Assembly (NCBI GenBank): GCA_951406725.2
Contig: OX597840.1
Location: 13,888,001-13,952,000, forward strand
Direction: 5' to 3'
DNA length: 64,000 nt
Source of the DNA: Octopus vulgaris
Taxonomy: Eukaryota
The notes under the pieces: model-generated
Databases searched by the model: none
Told to the model about the DNA's origin: nothing
What the model saw: the letters and a program-made list of their open reading frames with translations, nothing else
Shown: positions 12,157 to 25,087 of the stretch, in pieces
Numbering within the stretch: the first letter of the stretch is position 1
Layout: the number at the start of each line of letters is the position of its first letter
Program-made: the position numbers and the translations under genes

Positions 12157-12542
12157 TCTTTTACTTGTTTCAGTCATTTGACTGTGGTCATGCTGGAGCA
12201 CCGCCTTTAGTCAAGCAAATTCATCCCAGGACTTATTCTTTGTAAGCCTAGTACTTATTCTATCAGTCTCTTTTGCCGAACAGCTACGTTACGAGGATGT
12301 AAACACACCAGCATCGGTTGTCAAGCGATGTTGGAGGGACAAACACAGACACACAAACATACATATATATATACATATATGACAGGCTTCTTTCAGTTTC
12401 CATCTACCAAATCCACTCACAAGGCTTTGGTCAGCCCAAGGCTATAGTAGAAGACACTTGCCCAAGATGCCACACAGTGGGACTGAACCTGGAGCCATGT
12501 GGTTGGTAAGCAAGCTACTTACCATACAGCCACTCCTATGCC
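12157..12542 (-). mobile_element. SINE family B
   Basis: Full-length reverse-complement match to other copies. Confidence 0.9.
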
Positions 12543-13374
12543 TGTTCTGTTCAAAATCTTTGCATCTAGAATCATCTTCTTCAACTTGGCCTTTATTTAC
12601 CACCACCCTTTATAACAATTCTTCATGTTCTGTTTACTTTCCCCTCTCTTCTAACCTCAACAGTCCATTCAATTTTCTGAGAATGGTTTCACTATGGAGC
12701 TCCTCTCTCGTTATCCCATTTAATTGCTCCAGTTCTTTCCATGTCTTTTCCAACTTCATTTGTATTCTCTTCCTCCAGTTTGGTTCTTTCTTTTCTTCAA
12801 ATATCTTCCACTTGTATCCAATCATATCAGCTACAACAGTCATGGTGGATAAGATTAACCAGTTTGTTTCACTGAGGTTCTCTATTTCAACCAGGTTTCA
12901 AATGCTGTTTACTTTGTCTCGCTTTTTTTGCTTCTCAGGCACATAATAATTTTTTTCATTTTCTACCTCTTCATTATCTCTATCCACTCCTGTTGCTTTA
13001 CACTCTTCCTGTTCTCTGAATTTCTTCAATTTCTAATTCTGTAATCCAATCCTTTACACAAATTACCCTTGCCTGATCTTTCAGTCTTTGAGCAGAATCT
13101 TCAAAGCCTTTTCATCCCGTATCCGCTTCATTCACGCCAAGTCATACTTCTTTCCTTTCGCTCACTTTTCAGCCAACATACAATCACAGCCTTGTTTACC
13201 TTTCTTTCTCAGTTTATTTTCCTCCCACTACACTTTAGACTTTGATCCTAATCCCGATCATTGGCTTGATGACAACCTGCCTGCCATGCATGACACCTGT
13301 GTTGACAGTTTCAACCTCATTAATGCAGTTACTATGATTATTTGAATTTGACATTTTCTCTTGTTTTGAAGTAT

Positions 13375-13822
13375 AAAGGGTATGTTTGCTACTCTAGGCA
13401 CAAGGCCTGAAAGTTTTGGGGAGGTAGCCAGTCAATTAGACTGATCTCAGTACACAACTGGTACTTAATTTATCGACTCTGAAAGGATGAAAGGCAAAAT
13501 CGACCTTGGCAGAATTTGAACTCAGGATGTAAAGACAGATGAAATACCTCTAAACATTTCGCCTGGTTGCTAACATTTCTGCCAGCTCACCGCCTCTTTA
13601 AATATTCTTTTCAACTCTAGGCACAAGGCCTGAAATTTTGGGGGAGAGAGCCAGTCGATTAGATTGACCCCAGTATGCAACTGATACTTAATTTATTGAC
13701 CCCCGAAAGGATGAAAGCAAAGTCGACCTCAGCAGAATCTGAACTCAGGACATAAAGCCAGATGAATTACTGCTAAGCATTTCATCCAGCATGCTAATGT
13801 TTCTGCCAGCTCCACTGCCTTT
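13375..13822 (-). mobile_element. two tandem family A SINEs
   Basis: CTCTAGGCACAAGGCCTGAAA...GAAAGGATGAAAG...TTCTGCCAGCTC occurs twice. Confidence 0.85.
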
Positions 13823-14305
13823 TCAAATTTACAGTTAGACCAAAAACAACACTGACCAACAAAATACTTGTTGCATTGATACCAAAAATTGGTATTACCT
13901 AACCTGAGTATGCTGGATTGAAATATGAAGTTAGTTTTTCTCTGGAAGCTCTAGAGTTTTTTTGCTCTTAAGGTTTTTTTTATATTCGCCAAATTTCGAA
14001 TATTTCCTGAGATATGATGTAACCCATCTGATAATTTTCTAGCTATATTATCTTCAAACTACATGGAAAAGAACAAATATCTATGCATTGAGATTCTAAC
14101 TTTGTTCATATAAACGAGTTAGGTTACAATAATAAGAATTAGGTTACAATAATAATATTTCTTTTCCGATGCTGAGAAAAATAAATGTTATTATGTGCCA
14201 GTTTTTTTCCATCTGCTTTTCAGTTGAAAATATATATTTTACACAAATGATAGGTGTACATAGAAGAGAAACTGATTAGGATAGAAAATAAAACACAAAT
14301 AGATC

Positions 14306-15981
14306 TTATTCAGGCAAGAATTTGCACTTGGAGCTCTTGTATTTGTGAACTTTGTCAGAGAAATCTCATTTAATGCTCCAGCAGTAGTCTGCCATCATGT
14401 TTTTGTCTTTTTGCCCTTAACAACACTCTTCCATGGTGGTGGTGAGGACTTGGTGGAAGCAACCCTCCCCACCCATACTCATCGCTTACATCTCCAAGGT
14501 TTACAGGGAAGTGATCGAGGTGACTATGTAGGAAATGGAGTTTAACGATCTTGTTACACCCATCATCATGGAAAGCCGGCAGCAAGAATTTCATAGTCGT
14601 CTGCCTCTCTGTTTCCATGAAAATTTTTTATGACTGCTACAAATGACATCCATGCTGCTCTTTCCTTGTCTTTCATCTTCCCAACAAATTCCTCATCTTG
14701 TACAAGGGCATGAATCTGAGGTCCCTCATACACACTTCCTTTGATCCTCTCAAACGACAAACCAGGAAATGCAGAGACTATATGTTGAAAGCATTTACCA
14801 TCAGTATTCAATGCCTTTGTGAATTGCTTCATCAAACCCAGCTTTATATGGAGGGGTGGGAAAATAATCTTTTCTTGACAGACAATTGGATCATTCACAA
14901 TATTCGGCATATTGGCTTCCAGAGTCTCATGAATGAGTCACTTCGTCTGAATCCAATGTTTCTTTGAAGTTCAGCTGTTCCACATGCGGAAATAGCAAGG
15001 ATACATTGCAAAACTTTTCTGTTGGTTGAAGAAGAAATTGTCCATTTTCAAATCTACACAAATGGTCCAGTTGTGCCATGATATTTTTGTTGGTCTAACC
15101 ATTATTATACCATTATAGTATTCTTGCAAATGCACAGAGTGACCAATAGGGACAACTCCATAAACATTGGCATTGTGTAGGAGAACACACCTTAGAACTA
15201 TCTAGAAATAGTCACCAGTCAGTTGAACTGTACAAAGGGATTCCTAATTCCTGGAGAAGACAGGGAATATTATGGCAGAAAACAAAGTGTTTCTCTTCTG
15301 AAAAAAAAAAATGACGCAGAAGTGTGGTCTTGCTTTCAAAAATAAGAAACTTTTGCAAGTAGATGTTTTTCTTGCAGCCTGGACACAAGGATTTCAGCTG
15401 CAGTCTTGGAGAGTCTCAAATCACATACTAAACCATTCAGTTCTGTTTAGCTAAACTACTGAGGATTTGATTACCATATGAGGGGGTCTTGGAATTTTGA
15501 AGTAATTTCTTGATCTTTGTTATTATCCTCATACTCGCTAGCTTTGTTTTTGGAAGAGGTAAACCCAAGAAAAACTGGAATCAGGAGTGTCTGAGAGTGA
15601 ATAATTGGTCTAATTGCTGAAGGAATATTGGGATAAGATATTTTACACCTATTTTTCTTGCCAATGATTTTGTGTTCACATTGCAAAAATAAGAGTCACT
15701 TGTATGATCCTTCGGCTCTTATCAAACCGCAGGAACTCCAAACAACAGGTCCTTTCATTTCCTTTTTGTCCAGTCATGAAGCCTTTCCTCCCAGTTATGA
15801 CACACAACATGAGGGGACCATTTTCGGTCTTGGTTTACCAGGGAAATTCCAAATAAGCTACATAAGCCCATCTCACAAACAATGTGATATCGTGCACTTG
15901 ACAAAAAAGGGTGCAGGAGCCACAAGCAAAGCAGAAACCATCAGAATTATTCACACATCTATGTGTATTTGAAGAAGCCAT
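14306..15981 (-). pseudogene. Chapaev3-type transposase pseudogene
   Basis: MASSNTHRCVNNSDGFCFACG; GKKNRCKISYPNIPSAIRP; PPLHIKLGLMKQFTKAL; KLHFLHSHLDHFPVNLGDVSDE; multiple frameshifts and stops. Confidence 0.8.
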
Positions 15982-16054
15982 GATCAGATCTGAAAAAACA
16001 CAATTGTCAATTCTTTGTAAGTAGGATATACTGTGGGTATCTCATTATGTCAAA

Positions 16055-16449
16055 TCTTTATATATAAAGCTGAAGTTGTCTGTGTGAGTGTGGCAGGTTT
16101 GGTAGCCTTCAACTAACACTATCTCCTCCGAGACCCTGCAGCGCAAGTTGACCAAAATTGAAAGTATGATAGAAGAAGTCTTGCTCTTCATTCTGTAGAA
16201 GAAAAAATTCAAATCAGACCATGACCAAAAATTATTTACATCAAAAAGGTGCTTTTTTTCTATGAAAATCCCTATTTTTTACGATTTTTTGACTGCTGTG
16301 TCGCCATTTTTCGGTGTATTTCAACCAGAAAAATGTTCACTTAAAGAGAATAACAAGCTACAGAATGCTAAATTTTTACTTTTCAAAAATTCCAATTTTA
16401 AAGGGTCAAAAAGAAAACAAACCCAAGCAACGCCGGGCTATACTGCTAG
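16055..16449 (+). mobile_element. non-autonomous Helitron nested in the Chapaev3 element
   Basis: A|TCTTTATATATAAAG 5' end; subterminal hairpin CCCAAGCAACGCCGGG; CTAG|T 3' end; no TSD. Confidence 0.8.
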
Positions 16450-16859
16450 TTTAACTATAAATGTATAAAAAGTTAATCTTCAAATTGTAAGAAAAATAGA
16501 GCATTGAAAGAAAAACCAATTGCAGATTTTAAATTAGTACAAAAAAAGACACAATCAGTAAAATAATCTCATACAGTAGAAATTTTTTTTTTAAATTGTT
16601 ATCAACAGTAATTAATGCATTTGGTTTTGTGAGTAAATGTCCATCTGACAGTCTGGATAAGGTTGGATTTCTAGAAATAAACCAACTAACCCATTCCAAA
16701 TACAATCTGTAAGTAGAACAATAAAAATATGCAAGACTTTCCTCAAGATTAAAACGTGAGATTGTTTTCTTTATCTACTTTCCAATGGTGGAACTTTGTA
16801 TCGTTGTTCAAAACCAGCTCTTTCCTCAGTGGAAGAATTTAGATAATTAAAAATAGAAG

Positions 16860-16998
16860 AGCATACATACACACATATATGTGTATATATATATATACAT
16901 ATATATATACACACACATATATATGTTCACAAACATATACATGTGTATGTGTGTGTGTGTGTATATATGTATGTGTATATATATGTGTATAATATATA

Positions 16999-17038
<40 letters not shown>

Positions 17039-17074
17039 TAGATAGATAGATATGCCCACAAACATGTATGTATA

Positions 17075-17120
<46 letters not shown>

Positions 17121-17250
17121 AACATACATGTATATATATTTATATAAATCTGAATGTGTGTATAAAGATATATATATAAAGAGAGAGAGAGAGAAAGAGG
17201 GGGGAAATAGATAGATGGGTAAATAAATAGATATAGAAATGCATACAAAC

Positions 17251-17299
<49 letters not shown>

Positions 17300-17467
17300 C
17301 ATGTATATGTATGTATGTGTATATATATGTATGTGTGTGTATATATATATAGAGAGAGGGGGGAATAGATAGATGGATAGATAAAGAGATATAGAAATGC
17401 ACACAAACATGTATATATATATATCTATATGTATGTGCATATATATATACACATATATATATATATG

Positions 17468-17510
<43 letters not shown>

Positions 17511-17532
17511 CATATATGCATACATACATATA

Positions 17533-17568
<36 letters not shown>

Positions 17569-17595
17569 TACATACATATATATATACATACATAC

Positions 17596-17629
<34 letters not shown>

Positions 17630-17635
17630 AAAGCA
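16860..17635. repeat. large compound TA/TG/CATA microsatellite with a duplicated GA-rich/GATA unit
   Basis: Directly visible; GAGGGGGGAA(A)TAGATAGATGG..GATATAGAAATGCA..CAAACATG occurs twice (~17197, ~17356). Confidence 0.95.
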
Positions 17636-18632
17636 TAAACATAAATATATGCATCGAATTTCATTTTTTTAATGAAAACAATCCTCCTTTGGATTCAAAA
17701 TTTAATTATGATTTTAAATTTCTCTCACATTTAAAACACACAATGAAGCTTTATATATTAAATTACACCATACCACAGGTTTCTTGTCTCAGAAATAAAT
17801 AAATAAATATATATATATACACATATTTACATTTATACACACACATATCTACATATATATACATATACATATACATAAATACACACACAAATGCAGACAC
17901 ACAAATGTGTGTGCACGCACACACATACACACATGTATGTATACATTAGAATGTTTTTTTCTTCTTCAGAAACAAATCGCATCAACTTGAAGAAATTCAG
18001 TACAAAACAAAGTATCATGATCATACACTACTCTTTTCCCCACTCTCTGTGCATATATCATCATCATCATCATCATCGTAATCATCATCATTTAACGTCT
18101 GCTTTCCACACTGGCATGGGTTGGGCAGTCTGGCACAGAACTGGCAAGCTGCAGGGCTGTCTCGAGTTTCCTATGTCTGTTGTGGTGTTGTTTCTATGGC
18201 TGGATGCCCATCCTAACTCCTGTCAATTTTCAGAGTGTTATGAGGATTGTCTTTTTGTGCTACTGACACAAGTGAGGTTGCCATGAAACATGCAAGATAT
18301 AAAAGCACAGAGGAAAAGGAAAAGGGAAACCTCCCAAGTGGAAGTATTTAGGAGGGCAAGGTGGAGGTGAGTAGCTTTATGCCAGATGTTGAAAGGCAGG
18401 AGTACGATAAAGGGACAAGCACGGTTGTGTTACTATAGAGGAGGTATATGGCTGAAGGAGATAAGAGGAAGGTTGTGATGTGGGTGCTAGAGCACACTCT
18501 CAAGATACAAGAAGGTGAGGATAAGAGAAATTACAGACAGCGGATCACGGAAGAGAGGATGAGAGGGTGTGGATGCTTTCATGAGAGTGAGGAGACACAC
18601 ACATATATATGTGTGTAGGGGTGGAGGTGTAA

Positions 18633-19010
18633 TCATCATCATCATAATCATCGTATAATGTCCATTTTCCATGCTAGCATGGGTTGGACAGTTCGACCAG
18701 GGTCTGGGAAGCCAGGAGGCTGCACTAGGCTCCAGTCTGATCTGGCAGTGTTTCCACAGCTGGATGCCTTTCCTAACACCAACCACTCCGTGAGTGTAGT
18801 GGGTGCTTTTTACATGCCACCGGCACGGACACCAGTCAAGGCGGCACTGGCATCGGCCACGTTCAGATGGTGCTTTTTACATACCACCAGCAAGGGTATC
18901 ACAACTACAATTTCCATTTGATTTTTATTTTGTTGTTGATGTCCTTGACTCAATAGGCCTCCTCAAGCACAGCAGGTCACCCTACGATCCAAGGTAAGCA
19001 CAGCCGGCCA
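18633..19010 (-). mobile_element. RTE-type LINE 3' end with (GAT)n tail; older related pieces at 18060-18600
   Basis: CATCATC..TCCATTTTCCATGCTAGCATGGGTTGGAC...GGATGCCTTTCCTAACACCAACC, same family as 21842, 36526 and 53585. Confidence 0.8.
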
Positions 19011-19320
19011 TATCAAAGAGAGAGAGGTAGAGAGACAAAGAAAGAGAGCATTAGATATATGCATACAAACCTACACACATCTTTTATCTTTTGCTTGTTT
19101 CAGTTATTTGACTGTGGCCATGCTGGGGCACAACCTTGAGGAATTTTCAGTCAAATGGATCGATGGTACTACTTTTCTTTAAGCCTGGTACTTATTTTAT
19201 CACATTATTTATAGTTTACACACACACACACACATATATAATAGGAAGAAAACATGGAGAAACTAGTGTATAGACATCAATTTATTGGAACATATTCAAT
19301 TCTGTACAAGATCAAATTCC

Positions 19321-19437
19321 ATTCTCCTAAAGCTGTTTCCATGCCCGATTAATTCAATTTGAGGAATTAAATTGAATAAATTAATTTAAATTTTCATATT
19401 GAATATCATTAATCGGGTATTTCCTAAGGGGAAGAAT
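19321..19437 (-). ncRNA. decayed type I hammerhead-like motif
   Basis: Minus strand ATTCTTCCC-CTTAGGA-A-ATACCCGATTAAT...ATTAATCGGGCAT-G-GAAAC-AGCT-TTA-GGAGAAT; 13-bp stem II; core mutated. Confidence 0.4.
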
Positions 19438-20159
19438 CCGATAGAAAGGAGCTACACTCAATGTGTTGGTTGACCCTTAATAGAGTCAGATCTGTGTGCT
19501 TTAGCAACTAATGTATTTATATATGTGGTTATATACAACAATCTTTGTCTACCAAACCCACTCTCAAGGTCCTGGTCCTGCCCCTGGCTATAGTAGAAAA
19601 CACTTGCTTAATGTATCAAGTAGTGAGACTTGAACCAGGAACATGTGGTTGGAAAGCAAATTTCTTACCACATCTGCACCTGAATATTTTTCGTTAAAAA
19701 ATAACTAAAAAGAAAATGTCTGTGCGTCACATGCAAGAATTACTTTCATGTAAAATTATTTTTCTAAAAATTAACTATTTTCTAATTTTTTTTTTTTTGA
19801 AAAATAATGTTTTTTCACTTTTAGAGAAAAAGCTTTGTTTTTTTTACCTTTATAGAAAAAAACAAATTGTGTTGTGACACCTGAAAATAAAGTTTTTGGA
19901 AACCAAAAAATATTGACTGATTTTTTCATAGATAACATAAAGAAGAAAAAACTTATCCAAAAAGAAAACATATTTTTATAGATAAAGCAACTACATTAGG
20001 CTAAACAACAGCGTTCTGTGTGGTCACTTGGCCAGTTAGAAATAGGAGCTAAATATTTCTTACATTGTACTCAACTGTTTTAAAAAAAGAGGACATATTC
20101 GGTGATGTAATCAGAGATATTTTATTTCTAAAAAGAAAGTATAAGGAATGGTCATAAGA

Positions 20160-20700
20160 GGAATGTCTTTGATTATATATGTAATGAACTATGTACTTTC
20201 CTTGATTATCTTTGACTTCCTTCCATCTATTTACAAGCTTTTTTAATCTCATCAATATAAAATAAAACAAATGGCAGCCTGAAGGAGTAAGGTTGGGAGA
20301 ATAAGGTGGATGAGGAATATTTTCCCAACCAAGCTCTTCAATCTTCTGTGACGTGATCTTTGCAGTGTGGGGTCACACATTGTCCTAAAGGAACATCACT
20401 CCTTTTCGATTCACTATAGCATGTCTTTTTTTCTTCAAAGCTTGGTTCAAACGCTCTAATTGCTGACATTAGACTTGAGCATTGATTTTTGCATTAGGTG
20501 GTAACAATTCAAAGTGAATTACTCCTTTGCAATCCCCCCATATAGAGAGAAGAACCTTTTTTCTATGAAGTTTCCTTCTCGGTTGTGGTTGAGCTTTTTC
20601 CCTTTTACCAAGCCACTGTTTACAACATTTAACATTTCAATAGAACATCCATTTTTCATCACCAGTCACAAGTCTATCCAAAATGAGTTTGTGAGAATGG
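20160..20700 (-). mobile_element. mariner transposase fragment
   Basis: WENIPHPPYSPNLTPSGCHLF (cf. YSPDLAPSDYHLF); LDRLVTGDEKW near 20660. Confidence 0.85.
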
Positions 20701-21180
20701 AGAATGGCTATGTTCTAGGATTTGAGTTTGTGTACATAAGTTGCTAAAGAGGTAGATAATTTAGGCGTTGGATTGGAGAATGAGATCATATGTGCTAGGG
20801 AGAAGCACTTGAAATCAACAATGCTGCCAACGTAGACCCTTTCTTGCTGGGAGCATACATTTTTGCATTGACAGAGACCTCCAAGAAGGTAGTGTTGAGA
20901 CACCTGGAAGTTCCAGGTTTTCCTGCTTGCACTGAGGGCTGGAACTGATTACTGGAAATGTCAGATTCGTATGGTTTGTTGTTACCAGTGAAGAAGAATG
21001 TGAGGTATTATCAGTACCAGTGTTGGATTGGTAAGTGGTACCACCGCTGGTATATGTGGTCATATTGGTAGTATTATGGGAAGTAGCATTAAGGTTGGTA
21101 TTATTGAGTCAGGTGGGGTTTCTAAGGGTTGCATTATTGCAATTAGCTGGGTTTGGATGGGGTTCAGTCGGATAGATCAC
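20701..21180 (-). mobile_element. Penelope-like GIY-YIG/linker fragment
   Basis: LGGLCQCKNV...RVYVGSIVDFK...HMISFSNP..KLSTSLATYVHKLK aligns with the 42190 endonuclease; upstream N/T-rich linker. Confidence 0.7.
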
Positions 21181-21841
21181 TTAGGCATTGTGATATCAAT
21201 AACCTGGTGTTAGAACTTAATATACATAGGCTGCAGAATGAAGTGCCAGTCAAGTACAGAGCAGTAATAAGAAATTATAAGGACAAAAGAATAAACCTGT
21301 TATTCTTACAGCTGTTTCTGCTACAAGATGCAATGCATTCATTACTGAATGCTTGTGTAGGACCCTAAAGCTTCACTGGATCTTCAAAGAATGAAATGCA
21401 GTTTTATTTTGGAAAACATTTATGTTTAAATATATATGTAGAAAAGTATTATGAATGGAAAAGGCAATTTTCCCAAATAAATTTGCATTTCCTGTTTGAA
21501 GTTCTAATGATGCTATAAGGTGATACTCAAGCATTCAACTATGAATGAATTGCATTTTATAAACGAAACAGCTGTAAGCTGATGAAGTTCTTACGATAAT
21601 TGTTTATTCCCCCTTTGTTATCCCAATTATATATAGATATGTATATATTTGCCATGTTGGACCACTGAACTCAACACATTTTTTTCCATTCTCTCTCTGT
21701 TTATTTCCTCGTATTACTTTCTATTGAAGAGCATAGGCTCGAAACGTAAAAAACTTTTTCATTTTCCTGAGTGTCAAACTAACACACTTGCTTGTTGTTC
21801 ATACACTTGTCTTCCCCTTTTGTTTCTCTATAAATTTCAAC

Positions 21842-22262
21842 CATCATCATCATCATCATCATCGTTTAGCATCCGTTTTCCATGCTAGCATGGGTTGGAC
21901 GGTTCAACTGGGGTCTGGGAAGCCAGAAGGCTGCACCAGGCCCAGTCTGATCTGGCAGTGTTTCTACTGCTGGATGCCCTTCCTAATGCCAACCACTCCA
22001 TGAGTGTAGTGGGTGCTTTTTACGTGCCACCCGCACAGGTGCCAGACAGAGCTGGCAAACGGCCACGAACGGATGGTGCTTTTTATGTGCCACCGGCACG
22101 GGGGCCAGGTGAGGTTGGCAACGGACACGAACAGATGGTGCTTTTTACATGCCACCGGCACGAGGCCAGTCGGGGCGGCGCTGGCAACGGTCACGAACGG
22201 ATGGTTCTCTTACATGCCACCGGCACTGGTAACACATCTACAATTTCCATTGATCTATTTCG
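21842..22262 (-). mobile_element. RTE-type LINE 3' UTR with ~60-bp internal tandem repeats
   Basis: (CAT)n-CGTTTAGCATCCG...; GGTGCTTTTTA(C/T)(G/A)TGCCACC(G)GCAC-type unit x4. Confidence 0.85.
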
Positions 22263-24474
22263 ATTATATATATATATGACAAAACAATAAAGTAGAGACT
22301 AGAGCCCAGTAAAATTAATCCATAGAATAGAAGACAAGTAATGACAACTAGAATCAGAACTAAACAGAAAAGGTGTACAGAGTAGAATAAATGATTTTTT
22401 TCTCCCATGAGGCAGTAATAATTTATTTCACTTTTGTACATAAGAAGAAGAATAAAAGGGTTTAGATTATAAGGAAACAACAGTAAAGATTAAACAGAGA
22501 ACAAAACAAAAAAATGACAGAGTAAAAGATAAAAAAAAAATCTCAGTGAAACTAAGAAATTAATGAGTAAAGGAAAAAGAATCATGACTGAATCCGTTGC
22601 ATATTTCCCCGGTCAGTTTCACTGTATTCTGCAAGATTGGACAAAGGGCTATGAAACATTGACTGATTAACATGAAACCGTAGAAAGATAAAGTTGAGGA
22701 TGGAGGAGGGAAAAGTCCAGGGGAGAAACAAAACACAAGTGGAAAGGGGGAAAAAATAGAAAAATAAAAGTAATGATAAAAAAAGAAAAAAAGCTGGAAA
22801 AAAAAATTATTAATGAAAATAAGTTGGAGAAAAGTTAAGTCTTTCTGTTATGTCTATGGTGAGTTTATTGCAAGACTGGACAGAGAGAAGAGAGAGAAAA
22901 TTGATAATAGAGTGGACAACAATGGCTCAAAGTATCTGAACTAATGACGGAAAATGAAGATCTGGATTTAGCTATCAAAAGATCAATGCCTGATCACAGA
23001 ACCACCACCACTACCACAACCACCACCACCACCACCACAACCACTACCACCACACAGAGACATGTACTCATAAACTTACATACATACACAAAATGCATGT
23101 GCACACATACACACACACACATACAAAATATTAAGCAAATACCTTTTTTTTTTGATAGAACAAAATAATAAAGGAAGGAACATTTAATGATGGCCGCGGA
23201 CTGAGGAATCAATGAGATTATTTAAAGAGGAGAAATGAAAGACAGAAGAGGGAAGACTGGAAAAAGAAGAGGAGGGATGAGAGACATGAGAAGGGGGAAG
23301 AGAGAGAAACAGAAGATGGGGGGGGGGGGGCGATAAGAGAGAAAATTGAGGAGAGAGAAATTGACGCAAGCCACTGGAGATTAGAAAAATATAGAAGTTG
23401 AAAGAGAATGAAGGAGAAAATAGAAAGAGAAGAATGAGGAACAATGAGACCACCACCACCACTACCAACAACAACAACAACAACAACAACACTAGCAGCA
23501 AGAGTACAAACACCTGTAGCAACCAATGTTAACTACTACAACCACACCCACCTCAGCCAGCAGCACCACCACCACCTTTATTATCTGCCTGACCATCACC
23601 ACCACCACCACCACCACCACCACCACCACCACCATCCTGATAACCAATAATCACCATTCTATATTTTTCTCACACAAATCACAACTATAGTTTATTCTGG
23701 CATAAAACTATTAAATTACTTTATCAAACCTTGTAGACGTTTGTTCACTGGTATTTTCTGGTGTTCTTCAAAATGTTTATAACATCCTCCTCCTCCTCCT
23801 CATCATCATCATCATCTTCTTTTTCTTCTCCCCCCCCCCCCTCTCCTCACCACCTGATGTTTTTCTTTCAATTCTGTTTTCATTCGTCCACTAGTTTCAG
23901 TTACTAGACTCTGGCCATGCTATAGCAAAAAGCCCCTTTCAAACGCTCAAGTGATGCTTGCGCATGCACAATGGATGAAACCAGCAGAAGATACGAGATG
24001 AAGATGTGAAAATTGATCTCAAAATACTTGAACCTCAAGGAACAAACGACAACAAACCCTGACCTCGTTGAAGCAAACCACATTCCCCACCCATAGAACA
24101 GAGCTTCTTTTAATAGCCTTTTCGGAGACACAAAGAAAATCTATTCGCTTTTCAAGAGACAGCACAAGCTCATTTTCTTCATTGCCCTGGCTTCAATAAA
24201 ACCGTCAGATAAAAAGAAAAATTTCCATGGCATATTTCCCCTACATTCTTTGTTTTGTTTACAGAATAGACAGGAGCTATCCCATACTCAAAATGTCTCT
24301 CTGGCTGGTAAGCAATATTTGCAAAGCTATTCATTGTATGCACTGTTCATATTTTGGTTATCTCCAATATCTATGTTTACATTACGCATATATTTGTTTC
24401 TCTATATTTTCTGAAATACCTTTGTCTGCAATTTTGGCTATCACTGATATCAATTCTTGCATTCTTCTATTCGT

Positions 24475-25087
24475 TTGTTCTTTTATTCGTTTCAGTCAGT
24501 TGACTGTGGCCATGCTGGAGCACCACCTTTAGTCGAACAAATTGACTCCAGAGAGACTGAACGATCGTGGTGCCACAAAGCATGCAGCACCGTCGCAGGG
24601 ACGTAAACACACCAACATCTGTTGTCAAGTGAGGGTAGCGGGGACAAACACAGACACACACGTGTATATATATACATATATATATATGACGCGCTTCTTT
24701 CAGTTTCCATCTACGAAATCCACTCACAAGGCTTTGGTTGGCCTGAGGCTATTCTTTTACTTGTTTCAGTCATTTGACTGTGGCCATGCTGGAGCACCAC
24801 CTTTTAATTGAAGAAATCGCCCTTAGGACCATTTCTTTGTAATCCTGGTACTTATTCTATTGGGATGTAAACACACCAACATTGGTTGTCAAGCGATGGG
24901 GTGGGGGTGACAAACACAGACACAATGACACACATAAATATATACATATATATATACATACGAAGGGCTTCTTTCAGTTTTCGTCTACCAAATCCACTCA
25001 CAAGGTTTTAGTAGGCCCAAGGCTATAGTAGAACACACTTACCTAAGGTGCCACACATTGGGACTGAACCCGGAACCGTGTAGTTGG
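24475..25087 (-). mobile_element. two tandem 5'-truncated family B SINEs
   Basis: GTTTCAGTCA..TGACTGTGGCCATGCTGGAGCACCACCTT at ~24489 and ~24763. Confidence 0.85.

Larger units (their letters stand above)
10695..13340 (-). mobile_element. R4/Dong-like non-LTR retrotransposon, decayed RT region, interrupted by MITE and SINEs
   Basis: GIFQGDSLSPLLF and INHLLFMDDLKLYAK (RT motifs); KDPVKG..NFQPVICLPFMWKL near 11300; GPDG..G..LKNF near 11940; many stops and frameshifts. Confidence 0.85.
13850..16610 (-). mobile_element. CMC-Chapaev3-like DNA transposon, near full length but decayed
   Basis: Begins CACTGACCAACAAAA; carries the transposase relic below; subterminal sequence at 16460-16610; right terminus approximate. 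Confidence 0.7.

Noticed and set aside
16760-16836. CTGAGGA...GAAA on the minus strand, plus isolated CTGATGA hits at ~26512, ~35076 and ~50353
   Set aside because: No convincing stems I-III or NUH triplet; not counted as hammerheads.
22010-22230. Regularly spaced repeats resembling a CRISPR array
   Set aside because: Spacers are similar to one another, the array lies in a LINE 3' UTR present in several copies, the context is eukaryotic, and there are no cas genes.
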